This document shows, piece by piece, positions 9,497 to 18,981 of a stretch of 64,000 nucleotides of DNA (the first letter of the stretch is position 1; the number at the start of each line of letters is the position of its first letter). Source of the DNA: Candidatus Woesearchaeota archaeon. GTDB taxonomy: Archaea; Nanobdellota; Nanobdellia; Woesearchaeales; JBJKQO01. Location of the stretch: the NCBI GenBank assembly GCA_046705145.1, contig JBJKQO010000054.1:8199-72198 (forward strand). Direction: 5' to 3'. Made by a program: the position numbers and the translations under genes. The notes under the pieces are model-generated. The model did no database searches. It was not told where the DNA came from and saw nothing but the letters and a program-made list of their open reading frames with translations.

Positions 9497-10777
9497 TTAT
9501 TTTATTATCCCAAACCCGATCAGTCTCCATCTGTTTCCAAGCCTTCTTGATATGGTGACTCTTGAGCTTTTCTCAGCGCAGACAGGTATCTTCAGGTTGC
9601 ATTCAAACTCGCTTTTTCCAAGCTTCGTGACTACGCCTACTGTCGCAGCTGAATTGACGTTAAGCATGAGGGGCTCTCCCATCTTTATTGCGTCAACTAA
9701 CAGCCCGTCTTTTGATCCTACCATCCTTTCAAGGAGGTGGGTCTCAAGCTTCAGGCTGTGAAGTACTGGAGGAAGCTTTCCTGGAATCCCTACTACTGAT
9801 CCTGTCAGCTTGTCAGACTTGACTACAGAAGGGTCAAGCGTTGTCATCACTGCTATCGATCCTCCCGGGCCTACCTGCTCAACATTTTTGCTGCCTGTCA
9901 TGACGCTTGTGATCTTGCTTTTTATAGGGTACCATACTTTCTTGTTCTGCTCTTCGACGCTGTATCCCGGCCTTATCTCTATCTCATCCCCTACTTTCAG
10001 GATGCCCTGCTTAAGCGATCCTCCTAGGACTCCAGCGACCATGTCGTTTATCTCTGTGCCTGGCTTGTTTATGTCAAAGCTTCTTGCGACAAACATCATC
10101 GGGTCTTTTGACATATCCCTTGATGGTGTAGGTATCGCTTCATTTATGGTCTCGATAAGAAGGTCTATGTTAGCTCCGTGCCTTGCTGATATCGGGACTA
10201 TCGGCGCGTCTTCAAACGGTGTTCCTTTGAGGAATGCTTTTATCGCCTCATAGTTCTTTACTGCCCTCTCTTTTGATACAAGGTCTATCTTATTCTGGAC
10301 TATGACGACGTGCTTGACCCCTATTATCTCAAGGGCCATCAGGTGCTCTCTTGTCTGTGGCTGAGGGCATTCCTCGTTTGCTGCGACAAGAAGCAGCGCT
10401 CCGTCCATTATCGTAGCTCCTGCAAGCATGGTTGCCATCAGGCTTTCGTGGCCTGGCGCATCGACAAAACTGACTTTTCTCACTGGCTCTGAAGCCTCGT
10501 TGCATTCTGGACACTTGTCAAGGACTGTGTACTTGTTGCATTTAGGGCATCTCCTGAACACTGCATCAGCATATCCTAGCCTTATGGTTATGCCTCTTTT
10601 AAGCTCTTCAGAATGCGTGTCTGTCCATTTTCCTGAAAGCTTTTCAGTAAGCGTGGTCTTGCCGTGGTCTACATGGCCTACCAGGCCTATGTTTATCTCA
10701 GGCTGGCTGTCTTTGCCTATCTCCCCTTTTTTAGGAGGTTTAGCCTTGCTTTCGGTTTTTGGTTCTTTTTTAGCCAT
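9497..10777 (-). CDS. eif2g: Translation initiation factor 2 gamma subunit (aIF2-gamma)
   Basis: GHVDHGKT, RGITI, DAPGHE and NKID motifs, Zn knuckle CPKC...CPEC, C-terminal RWRLIG. Confidence 0.98.
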   Translation of the reverse strand: MAKKEPKTESKAKPPKKGEIGKDSQPEINIGLVGHVDHGKTTLTEKLSGKWTDTHSEELKRGITIRLGYADAVFRRCPKCNKYTVLDKCPECNEASEPVRKVSFVDAPGHESLMATMLAGATIMDGALLLVAANEECPQPQTREHLMALEIIGVKHVVIVQNKIDLVSKERAVKNYEAIKAFLKGTPFEDAPIVPISARHGANIDLLIETINEAIPTPSRDMSKDPMMFVARSFDINKPGTEINDMVAGVLGGSLKQGILKVGDEIEIRPGYSVEEQNKKVWYPIKSKITSVMTGSKNVEQVGPGGSIAVMTTLDPSVVKSDKLTGSVVGIPGKLPPVLHSLKLETHLLERMVGSKDGLLVDAIKMGEPLMLNVNSAATVGVVTKLGKSEFECNLKIPVCAEKSSRVTISRRLGNRWRLIGFGIIK

Positions 10778-10878
10778 CTCTAGTTAGAATTGCCCCTTTA
10801 TTTATAAAGGTTTGGGGAATGCTGTTTGAAACCACATGTTTAAATAAATAGCTAGATTCCCGTTTATTTGTATCAAAG

Positions 10879-11871
10879 ATGGGGATATTTACTAAGGTCA
10901 ACGAGAGAATTGTTCTGCCTCTTGAAGTACTTTATGGTCTGACACCTGCAATAATCAAAGAGGGCGTAAGGGAAGGAAAGTTACCAAATCTAGACTTGTG
11001 TTATGCAAGTATAACCCATCTAGATAATACCCTGCTGATTTGGGATGGTTTTTTGCCAGCAGAAGATGTCCGGCTGATAGAGACTCCAAGAACCCTTGTC
11101 TTGGGAGATGAAACAAAAAAGCTTAGAAGTTTAGAGAAAAAAAAGGCAAAAACAGATCCGAAATATAAGCTGCTTCCGATATCAAGGCTGGAAGGATTGG
11201 TAGAAGATGATGGCGGCCTTGATGTTCTTCTAAGCAGGACGCATATAGCAGAACTTAAGGTGACAAGGCAGATTGAAGATCTTCTTATTGGGCAACAATC
11301 AAACCCTATAAGCTTTACTACACTGCAGGTCCTTATATCTCATGACCCTAAAAATAATGATCGGTTCTGTTATCATGTGCCTTATGTGATAAGAGGTGCT
11401 AGATCAGACTATTCCGGAGCGTTAGCTGTTTTAGGAGCAGGATTTGACCATCCCGAACTTAAGTTGGAGATAGGAAGAGAGAGAAACCTGGCAGAGGTTG
11501 TGGCAAGACGATGCGGAGCTGAGACAGCATACCCGCAAAGCTGCGGTATAGACTTAAGATGTATACCCCGAGAGGCTATACGACTTATGGGGGTGGTATA
11601 TGGGAACAAAGAGCCTACAATGGTCCTTCTTGTCCCGGTCATAGCGCCTAATGTGAGAGTCATTGATAAAGATAGTGAAAACCTGACCCTGGCCCCTTTT
11701 GACGCAAAAGCTATATATGACATTATCTCAAGTGGGCTTATAGTTGAAGGAAAAGGTATAGTGCCACTTATCACTACTCATCCTTATGCTGCGCTGGCGC
11801 TAGCACTTAGGAAATATAGCCAGATCAAGGCTCATCTTGATGCTGTGGCAAGACAGTATCTAAGCAAGTGA
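10879..11871 (+). CDS. Hypothetical protein, possibly a degenerate Nudix-like fold
   Basis: 330-aa ORF. VIRG..S...G..A..G.G followed by LAEVVARRCGAET loosely resembles a Nudix box; the fold call is weak. Confidence 0.6.
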   Translation: MGIFTKVNERIVLPLEVLYGLTPAIIKEGVREGKLPNLDLCYASITHLDNTLLIWDGFLPAEDVRLIETPRTLVLGDETKKLRSLEKKKAKTDPKYKLLPISRLEGLVEDDGGLDVLLSRTHIAELKVTRQIEDLLIGQQSNPISFTTLQVLISHDPKNNDRFCYHVPYVIRGARSDYSGALAVLGAGFDHPELKLEIGRERNLAEVVARRCGAETAYPQSCGIDLRCIPREAIRLMGVVYGNKEPTMVLLVPVIAPNVRVIDKDSENLTLAPFDAKAIYDIISSGLIVEGKGIVPLITTHPYAALALALRKYSQIKAHLDAVARQYLSK

Positions 11872-11983
11872 TTTATCCCTGTTTTTCAGTTAGGTTTTTA
11901 TATGATTTTCGATTATTTACTGACAAATCATAATAGTTTGTGGTTTCTAAGAAAAGAGGGGAAAACCTGAAAAAAATAAGATT

Positions 11984-13621
11984 TTGAACAAGATGGTAAT
12001 CTACCTCACTTCATACGATGCGCCGAAGTCAGATCCTAATAGGGTCAACTCCCTCTCTGAAAGAGTATATATGATGTGGGGGGATGCAGGAAAGCAAAGA
12101 GAGCTCGAGCGTTTTCTTGCTGAGCCCCATAATGTGAGAGTGTTTTCACGTAGACCCTCACAGTTCGGTTTTTCAGACGATCCTAATGAAGAACTCGGCT
12201 TAAAACTGATGGACAGACTAAGCCTAGACGATAAGGTACAGATCGCTAATGAAGAAGTAACAAAAGATGAGATCACTGAGTTCATGAAGTTCGTCCATCT
12301 TTATGGGAGGGTTAGCCATTGGCACCATACCAGAAAGAGCGGGGGGCAGTATGACAGCCACCCTATAGAAGCCATGCTTAATCTTGCTAAGCAGGACGTA
12401 AGCTATAAGTCGCTTGCTGCTATGAGGCTTCATGATGTGGTAGAAGAGAGGGTAAAAAATGAGATAAAAAGCAAGGATCCTAATAAGGAGATGAAGACTG
12501 CTGCAATATACTATTCTATCGGACTTGAAATTTATAACTTTGTAAAAAATAATGATAAGATAACCAATAAGGGACATTTCTACGAAAGCATAAATATCAT
12601 TATGAGGATAGTGGCGAACTTATCCCATATTGGAGAGAAGACTTATTTCAGATACCTTCAGGAGCAGATAGTCTACGATGATCCTGAAAGCTCAAAGAAG
12701 AATACTGTCTGGGCTATGGATCCAAAAAGCATAGAAAATTTCCTTGGTATTTTCAATGGAGTGGATAAAAATTCAGCCCTTGTTGACGGATATATAAGAG
12801 ATGTGCACAACCTTAGATTTAGTGATGAAAAGAAGCATGAAGATGCTATAAAAAGAAGGACTCTCATGTGCAAGCTAAGCGACATAACAGTAAACATCAA
12901 TGACATGAAGCCAAGATATGAGACAAGAAGCAAAGGTATGCCTTCTTATTTCAGGCTTTGGAGCATATTTAAGGGGCTTGTGATAAGCGAAGCTGTTGGA
13001 GATCACATAAGAAGGCTTGGGTCTCAGGGAGTTTATGAACCAAGGATAAGGAGGATGTATGAGGAGTTCAGGGCTCTTTCTTTAGAGGAGCTAAGCAAAG
13101 ATATTGCTCACTTAAATAGAACTTTTTCTCCAAGGTTGAGGAGATACATGTCTTTTGTTGATCATTGCTTAAACCATTATGATGAGAGTAATTTATGGGT
13201 CTTGACTAAGGCAAATCCTAAGTTTAGGATAAGAAATACATATTCCAACTATAAGAGAATTATTAAAGCCAAAAAAAGAGGGGAGAAATCCAATTTATAT
13301 GTTGGAGACTTAATCTACGGCAATCCAATTGATGGAACATTGTTTACTTTTGTCAGGATGATGGTAGAAGGGAAAAAAGAGCTAAAAAGGTACAAGAAAA
13401 AAGATATTTATCTGGCAGCAGTAGTGCTCCATAAGTTGATAGAAACGATTGATTATAATTTCAGCATAATGGACAGGTCAACTCAGATTGAAGGGCTTCA
13501 ACTTGATACCCTTGCGGGAAATTATGAAGAACTTAAAAAAGTTATGATGTCAAGTCATGACTCTTACTCTAAATTTTGGAAAAGATTGATAAAAAGTCTA
13601 AGAATGCCTTCAAGATCCTAA
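11984..13621 (+). CDS. RelA/SpoT (Mesh1)-type HD-domain protein
   Basis: HHTRKSGGQYDSHP, LHDVVEE and KLSDITVN match the HD_4 hydrolase motif order. Confidence 0.7.
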   Translation: MNKMVIYLTSYDAPKSDPNRVNSLSERVYMMWGDAGKQRELERFLAEPHNVRVFSRRPSQFGFSDDPNEELGLKLMDRLSLDDKVQIANEEVTKDEITEFMKFVHLYGRVSHWHHTRKSGGQYDSHPIEAMLNLAKQDVSYKSLAAMRLHDVVEERVKNEIKSKDPNKEMKTAAIYYSIGLEIYNFVKNNDKITNKGHFYESINIIMRIVANLSHIGEKTYFRYLQEQIVYDDPESSKKNTVWAMDPKSIENFLGIFNGVDKNSALVDGYIRDVHNLRFSDEKKHEDAIKRRTLMCKLSDITVNINDMKPRYETRSKGMPSYFRLWSIFKGLVISEAVGDHIRRLGSQGVYEPRIRRMYEEFRALSLEELSKDIAHLNRTFSPRLRRYMSFVDHCLNHYDESNLWVLTKANPKFRIRNTYSNYKRIIKAKKRGEKSNLYVGDLIYGNPIDGTLFTFVRMMVEGKKELKRYKKKDIYLAAVVLHKLIETIDYNFSIMDRSTQIEGLQLDTLAGNYEELKKVMMSSHDSYSKFWKRLIKSLRMPSRS

Positions 13622-14937
13622 CCCCTGATAACCCCAAGCACCTCGTCTCTTTTCTTTTCCATCATGTCTTTTGTCTTTGCCTCGAGGTTAAGCCTTAGGA
13701 GGGGTTCTGTGTTTGATGCCCTGACGTTGAACCACCAGTCTGAGAACGCTACGTAAAGCCCGTCCAGGTGAGATACTTCTCCGTGCCCGTACTTTTCTTC
13801 AAGTTTTTTTAGGATTGTTTTTATGTCCTGCACCTTTGAGTTTATCTCTCCTGAATGGAAGTACTTGTGAAGCGGCCTCACTATCTCGGAAAGCGACCTG
13901 TTCTCATCTGTGACAAGCTTCATCATGAGAAGTGATGAGATTATCGAGCTTTCTGTGAAAAAGCTGTCTTTATAATAATAGTGGCCTGAAAGCTCTCCTG
14001 CGAAAGCTGCGTCGTTCTCGCGCATCTGAAGCTTTATCGGAGCATGCCCTACCCTGCACATCATGGGCTTTCCGCCTTTTTTCTCTATCCTTTCTTTTAT
14101 CGTCCAGGTCGATCTCAGGTCATAGAGCACTACAGATCCTGGGTGCTGTTCAAGTACCATCGATCCGAGAAGGGCTGTTATGAAATCGTTTGGTATTATC
14201 TCTCCTTTTTCGTCTACAAAAGAGCACCTGTCGCAGTCTCCGTCGATCGCGATGCCAAAGTCTGCCTTTTCCTCGATGACCTTTTTCTGGAGGTCTTTTA
14301 GCGTCTCGTACTTGAGTGGATTTGCCTCATGGTTGGGAAATGATCCGTCAAGCTCTGGGAAAAGGTGTATGTATCTCAGGTTAGGTATCTTCTCAAAGAT
14401 TTTTGGGAATGTGTATCCCCCCATTGCGTTTGCAGTGTCAATGACTATCTTAAGCGGCTTTATTGGCCTCAGGAACTTCAGGTTATGCGCGATGAAGTCT
14501 TTCATGACGTCTTTTTTGGATATATTTCCTTTCTTTGAAGGATCTGAAAAATTGTTTTTCAGGACCATCTGTTCTATTTCTTTTATCCCTGTGTCTCCGC
14601 TTATTGGGATCGCATTCTCCCTGCAAAGCTTAAATCCGTTGTACTGCGCAGGATTGTGTGATGCTGTTATGACTATTGCTGCATCATGGCCTTGGGCAGC
14701 AAAATAGACCATCGGTGTTGATGCAAGCCCTATGTCGATCACGTCTGCTCCCTGGTCTGTTATGCCCCTTGAAAGCTCCCTCAGGATTATCACCGAGGAT
14801 GGCCTCATGTCGTGGCCTATGACCACGTTTTTGCATCTGAGAAATGTCACAAGCGCCCTTCCTACCTTGTACGCTGTCTCTTCACTCAGTTCAGAAGGAT
14901 ATACTCCTCTTATGTCATATGCCTTAAATATTCCCAA
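13618..14937 (-). CDS. Phosphomannomutase/phosphoglucomutase
   Basis: FKAYDIRG, TASHNP, DGDCDR, GELSGH and RASNTEP motifs. Confidence 0.96.
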   Translation of the reverse strand: MGIFKAYDIRGVYPSELSEETAYKVGRALVTFLRCKNVVIGHDMRPSSVIILRELSRGITDQGADVIDIGLASTPMVYFAAQGHDAAIVITASHNPAQYNGFKLCRENAIPISGDTGIKEIEQMVLKNNFSDPSKKGNISKKDVMKDFIAHNLKFLRPIKPLKIVIDTANAMGGYTFPKIFEKIPNLRYIHLFPELDGSFPNHEANPLKYETLKDLQKKVIEEKADFGIAIDGDCDRCSFVDEKGEIIPNDFITALLGSMVLEQHPGSVVLYDLRSTWTIKERIEKKGGKPMMCRVGHAPIKLQMRENDAAFAGELSGHYYYKDSFFTESSIISSLLMMKLVTDENRSLSEIVRPLHKYFHSGEINSKVQDIKTILKKLEEKYGHGEVSHLDGLYVAFSDWWFNVRASNTEPLLRLNLEAKTKDMMEKKRDEVLGVIRG

Positions 14938-14947
14938 AAGTCATCAC

Positions 14948-15340
14948 CTACTTTTCCCATTCATATCCTTTCTTGGGTCTTCCGTACTTATCTTCTATCC
15001 TTACCACGTCTTCAACTTCAGGCGTTGAGACCTCAAATACTGATGCCTCTTCAAGCGCGTGCATCCTGTGGATCGTTCCTGGAGGGATTTCTACTATCAT
15101 CCCTGGAAGAAGCTCAAATGTCCTTTCGTCAAGGGTCACTTCTATCCTTCCCTTGTTCACGAACCAGGTCTCGTGTTTTACTTCGTGGTATTGCAAAGAG
15201 AACATCTCACCTTTGTTTATCTCAAGGATCTTGAAGCAGTAGTGCTTGTTGAGGTTGAGCCAGCGCTCCCTACCCCATGGTTTTTCATATACTTTTTCGT
15301 TAAGGATGTTTTTTAGTGGATTTACTTTATGTCCTTCCAT
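14948..15340 (-). CDS. Cupin protein (mannose-6-phosphate isomerase type II C-terminal-like)
   Basis: EKPWG, SLQYH..KHETW, HR and EVST..VEDVVRIEDKYGR motifs. Confidence 0.88.
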   Translation of the reverse strand: MEGHKVNPLKNILNEKVYEKPWGRERWLNLNKHYCFKILEINKGEMFSLQYHEVKHETWFVNKGRIEVTLDERTFELLPGMIVEIPPGTIHRMHALEEASVFEVSTPEVEDVVRIEDKYGRPKKGYEWEK

Positions 15341-16158
15341 TCTTTTATTGCCTTCTCATATCTTTCTATGTTTCCTGTGTCAAACCATTGTCCTGAAAAG
15401 GGGTATCCAAAGAGCTTTCCTTCTTCTGCAAGCTTGGGGAATATGTCTTTTTCTATCGAGACCTTGCCTTCTGGTATCAGCTCTATAAGCTCTGGCTCTA
15501 TTATGTAGAATCCTGAATTTATCAGGTTCGAGGGCGCTTCTTTTGGTTTTGGCTTCTCGACAAACTCAAGTATCCTCGAACCTGACAGCTTTGCCACTCC
15601 GTACTGGCTCGGGTCAGAGACTGTCGTGAGCGCTATCGTGACAGTTGCGTTATTCTGCTTGTGAAACTGGAACATCTCGTCGATGTCTATATTCTTAAGC
15701 TCGTCTCCGTTTGACAGTATGAACGTCTCGTTTAGTATGTCTTTTCCAAGGCGCAGGCATCCTGCTGTGCCAAGCGGCTCGTCCTCCTCGATATAAGACA
15801 TCCTCACTCCGAACCTTGTGCCGTCCTGGAAGTGTGCTTTTATCTTCTCTTTCATGTGCCCGACAGACATCACGATATCTTTTACTTCGTGCCTCTTAAA
15901 AAGGTCAAGAAGGTGTTCTGTGAGAGTCCTGTCATGTATAGGTATAAGCGCTTTTGGGATCTCATATGTGAGGGGCTTAAGCCTTGTGCCTCTGCCTCCT
16001 GCAAGTATGACTGCTTTTTTTGGTACGTTTGTCCCAAGTGCTTTCATAAGAAGAAGCTCGACAGCGTGGCTTCTGTTCTTTACCTTGTGTCCGTCTATTA
16101 TTGAGTCTATCTTTGACAGAAGGTTAGTGTCAAGTGTCAGTGTTGCTCTTTCTTTCAT
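15322..16158 (-). CDS. Sugar-phosphate nucleotidyltransferase with N-terminal ribbon-helix-helix domain
   Basis: LAGGRGTRL..K, EPLGTAG, NGD, EFVEKP and WFDTG; the N-terminal TLTLD..LL..ID....NRSHAVE pattern is RHH-like. Confidence 0.9.
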   Translation of the reverse strand: MKERATLTLDTNLLSKIDSIIDGHKVKNRSHAVELLLMKALGTNVPKKAVILAGGRGTRLKPLTYEIPKALIPIHDRTLTEHLLDLFKRHEVKDIVMSVGHMKEKIKAHFQDGTRFGVRMSYIEEDEPLGTAGCLRLGKDILNETFILSNGDELKNIDIDEMFQFHKQNNATVTIALTTVSDPSQYGVAKLSGSRILEFVEKPKPKEAPSNLINSGFYIIEPELIELIPEGKVSIEKDIFPKLAEEGKLFGYPFSGQWFDTGNIERYEKAIKEWKDIK

Positions 16159-16182
16159 GGTATTTCCCCCCGAAGATAGGAT

Positions 16183-16288
16183 TCATCATAATGACTTAAT
16201 ATATATAAATCTTTTGGTTTTGGTATGATAAAGTATGATATTCACAAAATTTAAATATTAGCTCATACATTATATGATATTATCATAC
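16183..16288. promoter_or_regulatory. Promoter region with repeated (G)TATGATA boxes (putative operator)
   Basis: GTATGATA at 16223-16230 and 16233-16240; inverted pair TATGATA-T-TATCATA at 16273-16287; TATA-like run at about 16197-16210. Confidence 0.5.
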
Positions 16289-16294
16289 TAATTA

Positions 16295-16339
16295 TTGCGG
16301 AGGTCGGGAGGGGCCTACCCTCTGGCTCCGCAATTTTTT
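16295..16339 (+). other. GC-rich stem-loop followed by a T-run
   Basis: TTGCGGAG...CTCCGCAA outer stem with an imperfect inner stem, then 6 T, in an AT-rich intergenic region. Confidence 0.5.
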
Positions 16340-16352
16340 ATAAAAAGGTGAA

Positions 16353-16427
16353 ATGAGTATGGAAGAAGAGCCAAAAACCACAACTGTAGACCTTGATAAG
16401 GTTCTTGAGAAAGTCTTAGGCCTGTGA
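16353..16427 (+). CDS. Small 24-aa protein (MSMEEEPKTTTVDLDKVLEKVLGL)
   Basis: AGGTGA RBS as at other genes in the window; fits in the intergenic gap; too short for the ORF track. Confidence 0.45.
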   Translation: MSMEEEPKTTTVDLDKVLEKVLGL

Positions 16428-16442
16428 TCAAAAAAGCGTGGC

Positions 16443-17693
16443 TTATTCGGCCCGCAGGTCATACCTAGTCACATCAGACACGACTATCTTGACCCATTCC
16501 CCTATGTTTTTCCTGCCAGAGATTATGACAGGCTTATAGGCATAGTTTCTTCCAACACTGGTGTTGTCCTTGCTATGCTCATCAACAAGCACCTCGCCTG
16601 TCCACTTCACCCACTTCTTGTTGTTCTCGTAAGCGATCCAGTCAAAAACAGAAGAAATGATCTTGATCCTCTCTTTTATCTCAACAAACGAGACTTGTTC
16701 CATTTCAGCTGCATCAGTGCCTTTTCTTTTCCAGTATCGTGAGATATTAAGCACGTCTGGTTTTGTCTCTTTGATCAGCCTTAAGGTGTCGTTAAACTCC
16801 TCATCAGACTCTGTGGGAAACCCGACTATTATGTCTGTTGCGACAGTCATGTCAGGTATCTCATGTTTTATATCCTTGATTATAGAGACGTAGTCTTTTG
16901 AGGAGTATCTCCTTCTCATAAGCTTCAGCACCCTGTCGTTTCCTGACTGGACGGGGATGTGGATGAACTTGAATATCTTTTCATCCCTGAAGGAACTAAG
17001 AAGGTCTGGTAATATTTTTTTCAGATGATTAGGGTTCATCATGCCGACCCTTATCCTGAAGTTTCCAGGTATCTTGACAAGCTGGTTCAGCAGGCTTGGC
17101 AGGTCTGTTCCTATGTCTGCGCCGTAGCAGCCTGTGTCCTGTGCAGTAAGCCATATCTCTTTTGCTCCATGTGTGACTGCCCTTTGGACTGACTCAGCGA
17201 TCTTTTCAGGCTTGTAAGAAACAAGGTCCCCTCTTGCTTTTTTCACGATACAATAAGAGCAGCTTCCAAAGCATCCTGATGATATTGGCACTATCTCAAT
17301 CATAGGGCTTTTCCTTTTTTTCGGAAGTGAAAGCCTGTCGATATCATCATCTGCTATAAGTGAGACTATGTTGCCGTTTATCGTCTCCTCAACTACTTCT
17401 ACGATGTTCTGGATCTGCTTCGGGCCTATCATCGACACTCCAGCAAGCCTTTCAGGCGATATTTTTGGGACGCATCCAGCGACTACGACCATCTTGTCCC
17501 TGACAGACTCGAGATATGAGAAGAATTTCTCTTCAGAAGGCTGCTTGACTGCGCAGCTGTTGATTATTATAAGGTCTGCCTTTTCTTCAGATTCTACTAT
17601 CTTAAAGCCTGCCTTGAGAAGCACCCCTTCTATTGCCTCTGAATCAGCCTGGTTTAGGGCGCAGCCGTAAGTTTTTATGTAAATCTTCACCAT
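16443..17693 (-). CDS. mtaB: tRNA t6A37 methylthiotransferase (archaeal MiaB-like/MtaB-type radical SAM)
   Basis: UPF0004 N-terminus (TYGC..N..D, NSCAVK, AGC), CxxxCxxC (GCFGSCSYC), DIIVGFP and TRAM domain. ATG at 17693 (ORF track start 17702). Confidence 0.92.
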   Translation of the reverse strand: MVKIYIKTYGCALNQADSEAIEGVLLKAGFKIVESEEKADLIIINSCAVKQPSEEKFFSYLESVRDKMVVVAGCVPKISPERLAGVSMIGPKQIQNIVEVVEETINGNIVSLIADDDIDRLSLPKKRKSPMIEIVPISSGCFGSCSYCIVKKARGDLVSYKPEKIAESVQRAVTHGAKEIWLTAQDTGCYGADIGTDLPSLLNQLVKIPGNFRIRVGMMNPNHLKKILPDLLSSFRDEKIFKFIHIPVQSGNDRVLKLMRRRYSSKDYVSIIKDIKHEIPDMTVATDIIVGFPTESDEEFNDTLRLIKETKPDVLNISRYWKRKGTDAAEMEQVSFVEIKERIKIISSVFDWIAYENNKKWVKWTGEVLVDEHSKDNTSVGRNYAYKPVIISGRKNIGEWVKIVVSDVTRYDLRAE

Positions 17694-17729
17694 GAATATC
17701 AAGAAATAGGGCTTGGTTAAATAAGTTTT

Positions 17730-18260
17730 CTACGCCAGCTCAAAAACTTTTATCTTCTCATAGACTGGTCCTATCTTTGTGAGCGTGCTTTTCATCAGGT
17801 AGAAATTCTTGCACTTGACTGTCTTTTCCTCGGTCCGTATCATCGAGATGGACTGCGAGAAGAGCTTCTTATCTTCAAGCGACCGTATCCTTGTTAGGGT
17901 GATGTGGGGGACAAATCCTGCCTCCTTCTTAAATCCTAGGTCATAAAGTTTCTCGTCTATATCCTTGTGCAGCTTTTGTATCATGTCTCCTTCAGAGGAC
18001 GCACCTATCCAGACTACCCTGACATAATCCGGGTTGGGAAATGCGCCTATTCCTCCTGTGTTTATGGAGAATTTTGGAAACTTGAGCTGCTCAAGGCTTG
18101 ATATTAGGCCCTTTATCTTGGATTCTTCTATCTCTCCAAGGAACTTAAGGGTTATGTGAAAAGAATCTGTGGATTTGGATTTAGCACCTTTTATGTTCTG
18201 CTGGATATCCTTAAAATAATGCCTAAGCTCGTCAAGATCCAACGCTATAAAGAGTCTCAT
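17730..18260 (-). CDS. thpR: RNA 2',3'-cyclic phosphodiesterase (2H family)
   Basis: MRLFIAL start, two HxT motifs (HITLKF, PHITL), YLMKSTLT. Confidence 0.93.
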   Translation of the reverse strand: MRLFIALDLDELRHYFKDIQQNIKGAKSKSTDSFHITLKFLGEIEESKIKGLISSLEQLKFPKFSINTGGIGAFPNPDYVRVVWIGASSEGDMIQKLHKDIDEKLYDLGFKKEAGFVPHITLTRIRSLEDKKLFSQSISMIRTEEKTVKCKNFYLMKSTLTKIGPVYEKIKVFELA

Positions 18261-18394
18261 GTCGTTATGAATGAATAAATACAACTATTTATTTGTTTCT
18301 AAATACGGAATAATTCCGGAAAAGAGTGTTTAATCTTTAGAATAAAGTTCCATTAAATTTATAAAAGGGACACCAGTTCTCAAAAGACACAAAA

Positions 18395-18919
18395 ATGAGA
18401 AAAAGAAAAGCGGTGTTTCTCGACAGGGATGGCACGATAAACAAGGATAAGGGATACACTTACAAGATCGAAGATTTCAAGTTTATAGACGGTTCTGTGT
18501 CAGCTATCCGCATGCTTAACGAAGCAGGGTTCAAGGTTATCGTGATAACTGGGCAATCAGGCATCGGAAGGGGCTATTATACTGTTTATGACATGCAGAG
18601 GGTGCATGATCACATGCTTCTTGAGCTCAATAAGAACGGAGCAAGGGTTGACAAGATATATTTCTGCCATCATGCTCCTGAAGATAACTGCCTTTGCAGG
18701 AAGCCTAGTCCTGCGATGATAATCAAGGCTATGAAAGATTTCAGGCTTGATCCTAATAACTGCTTCATGGTAGGCGACAAGGATGAGGATGTGAAAGCAG
18801 GAAAAGCTGCAGGATGCAAGTCCATACTTGTCCAGACCGGAAGAGACAAGAAAAGCGAGCATGCTGATTTTGTCTTTAAGGATCTTCTTAGCGCTGTCAG
18901 GGACGGGATACTCTTATGA
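18395..18919 (+). CDS. gmhB: D-glycero-D-manno-heptose-1,7-bisphosphate phosphatase (HAD family)
   Basis: FLDRDGTIN, TGQSGIGRG, C-H..C.CRKP and MVGD..ED motifs. Confidence 0.88.
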   Translation: MRKRKAVFLDRDGTINKDKGYTYKIEDFKFIDGSVSAIRMLNEAGFKVIVITGQSGIGRGYYTVYDMQRVHDHMLLELNKNGARVDKIYFCHHAPEDNCLCRKPSPAMIIKAMKDFRLDPNNCFMVGDKDEDVKAGKAAGCKSILVQTGRDKKSEHADFVFKDLLSAVRDGILL

Positions 18920-18981
18920 CAGATTTGAGTGTGAGGATTTTCTTCCATAAATATTATAAACCCGGATGAGATTTAGCTGTC

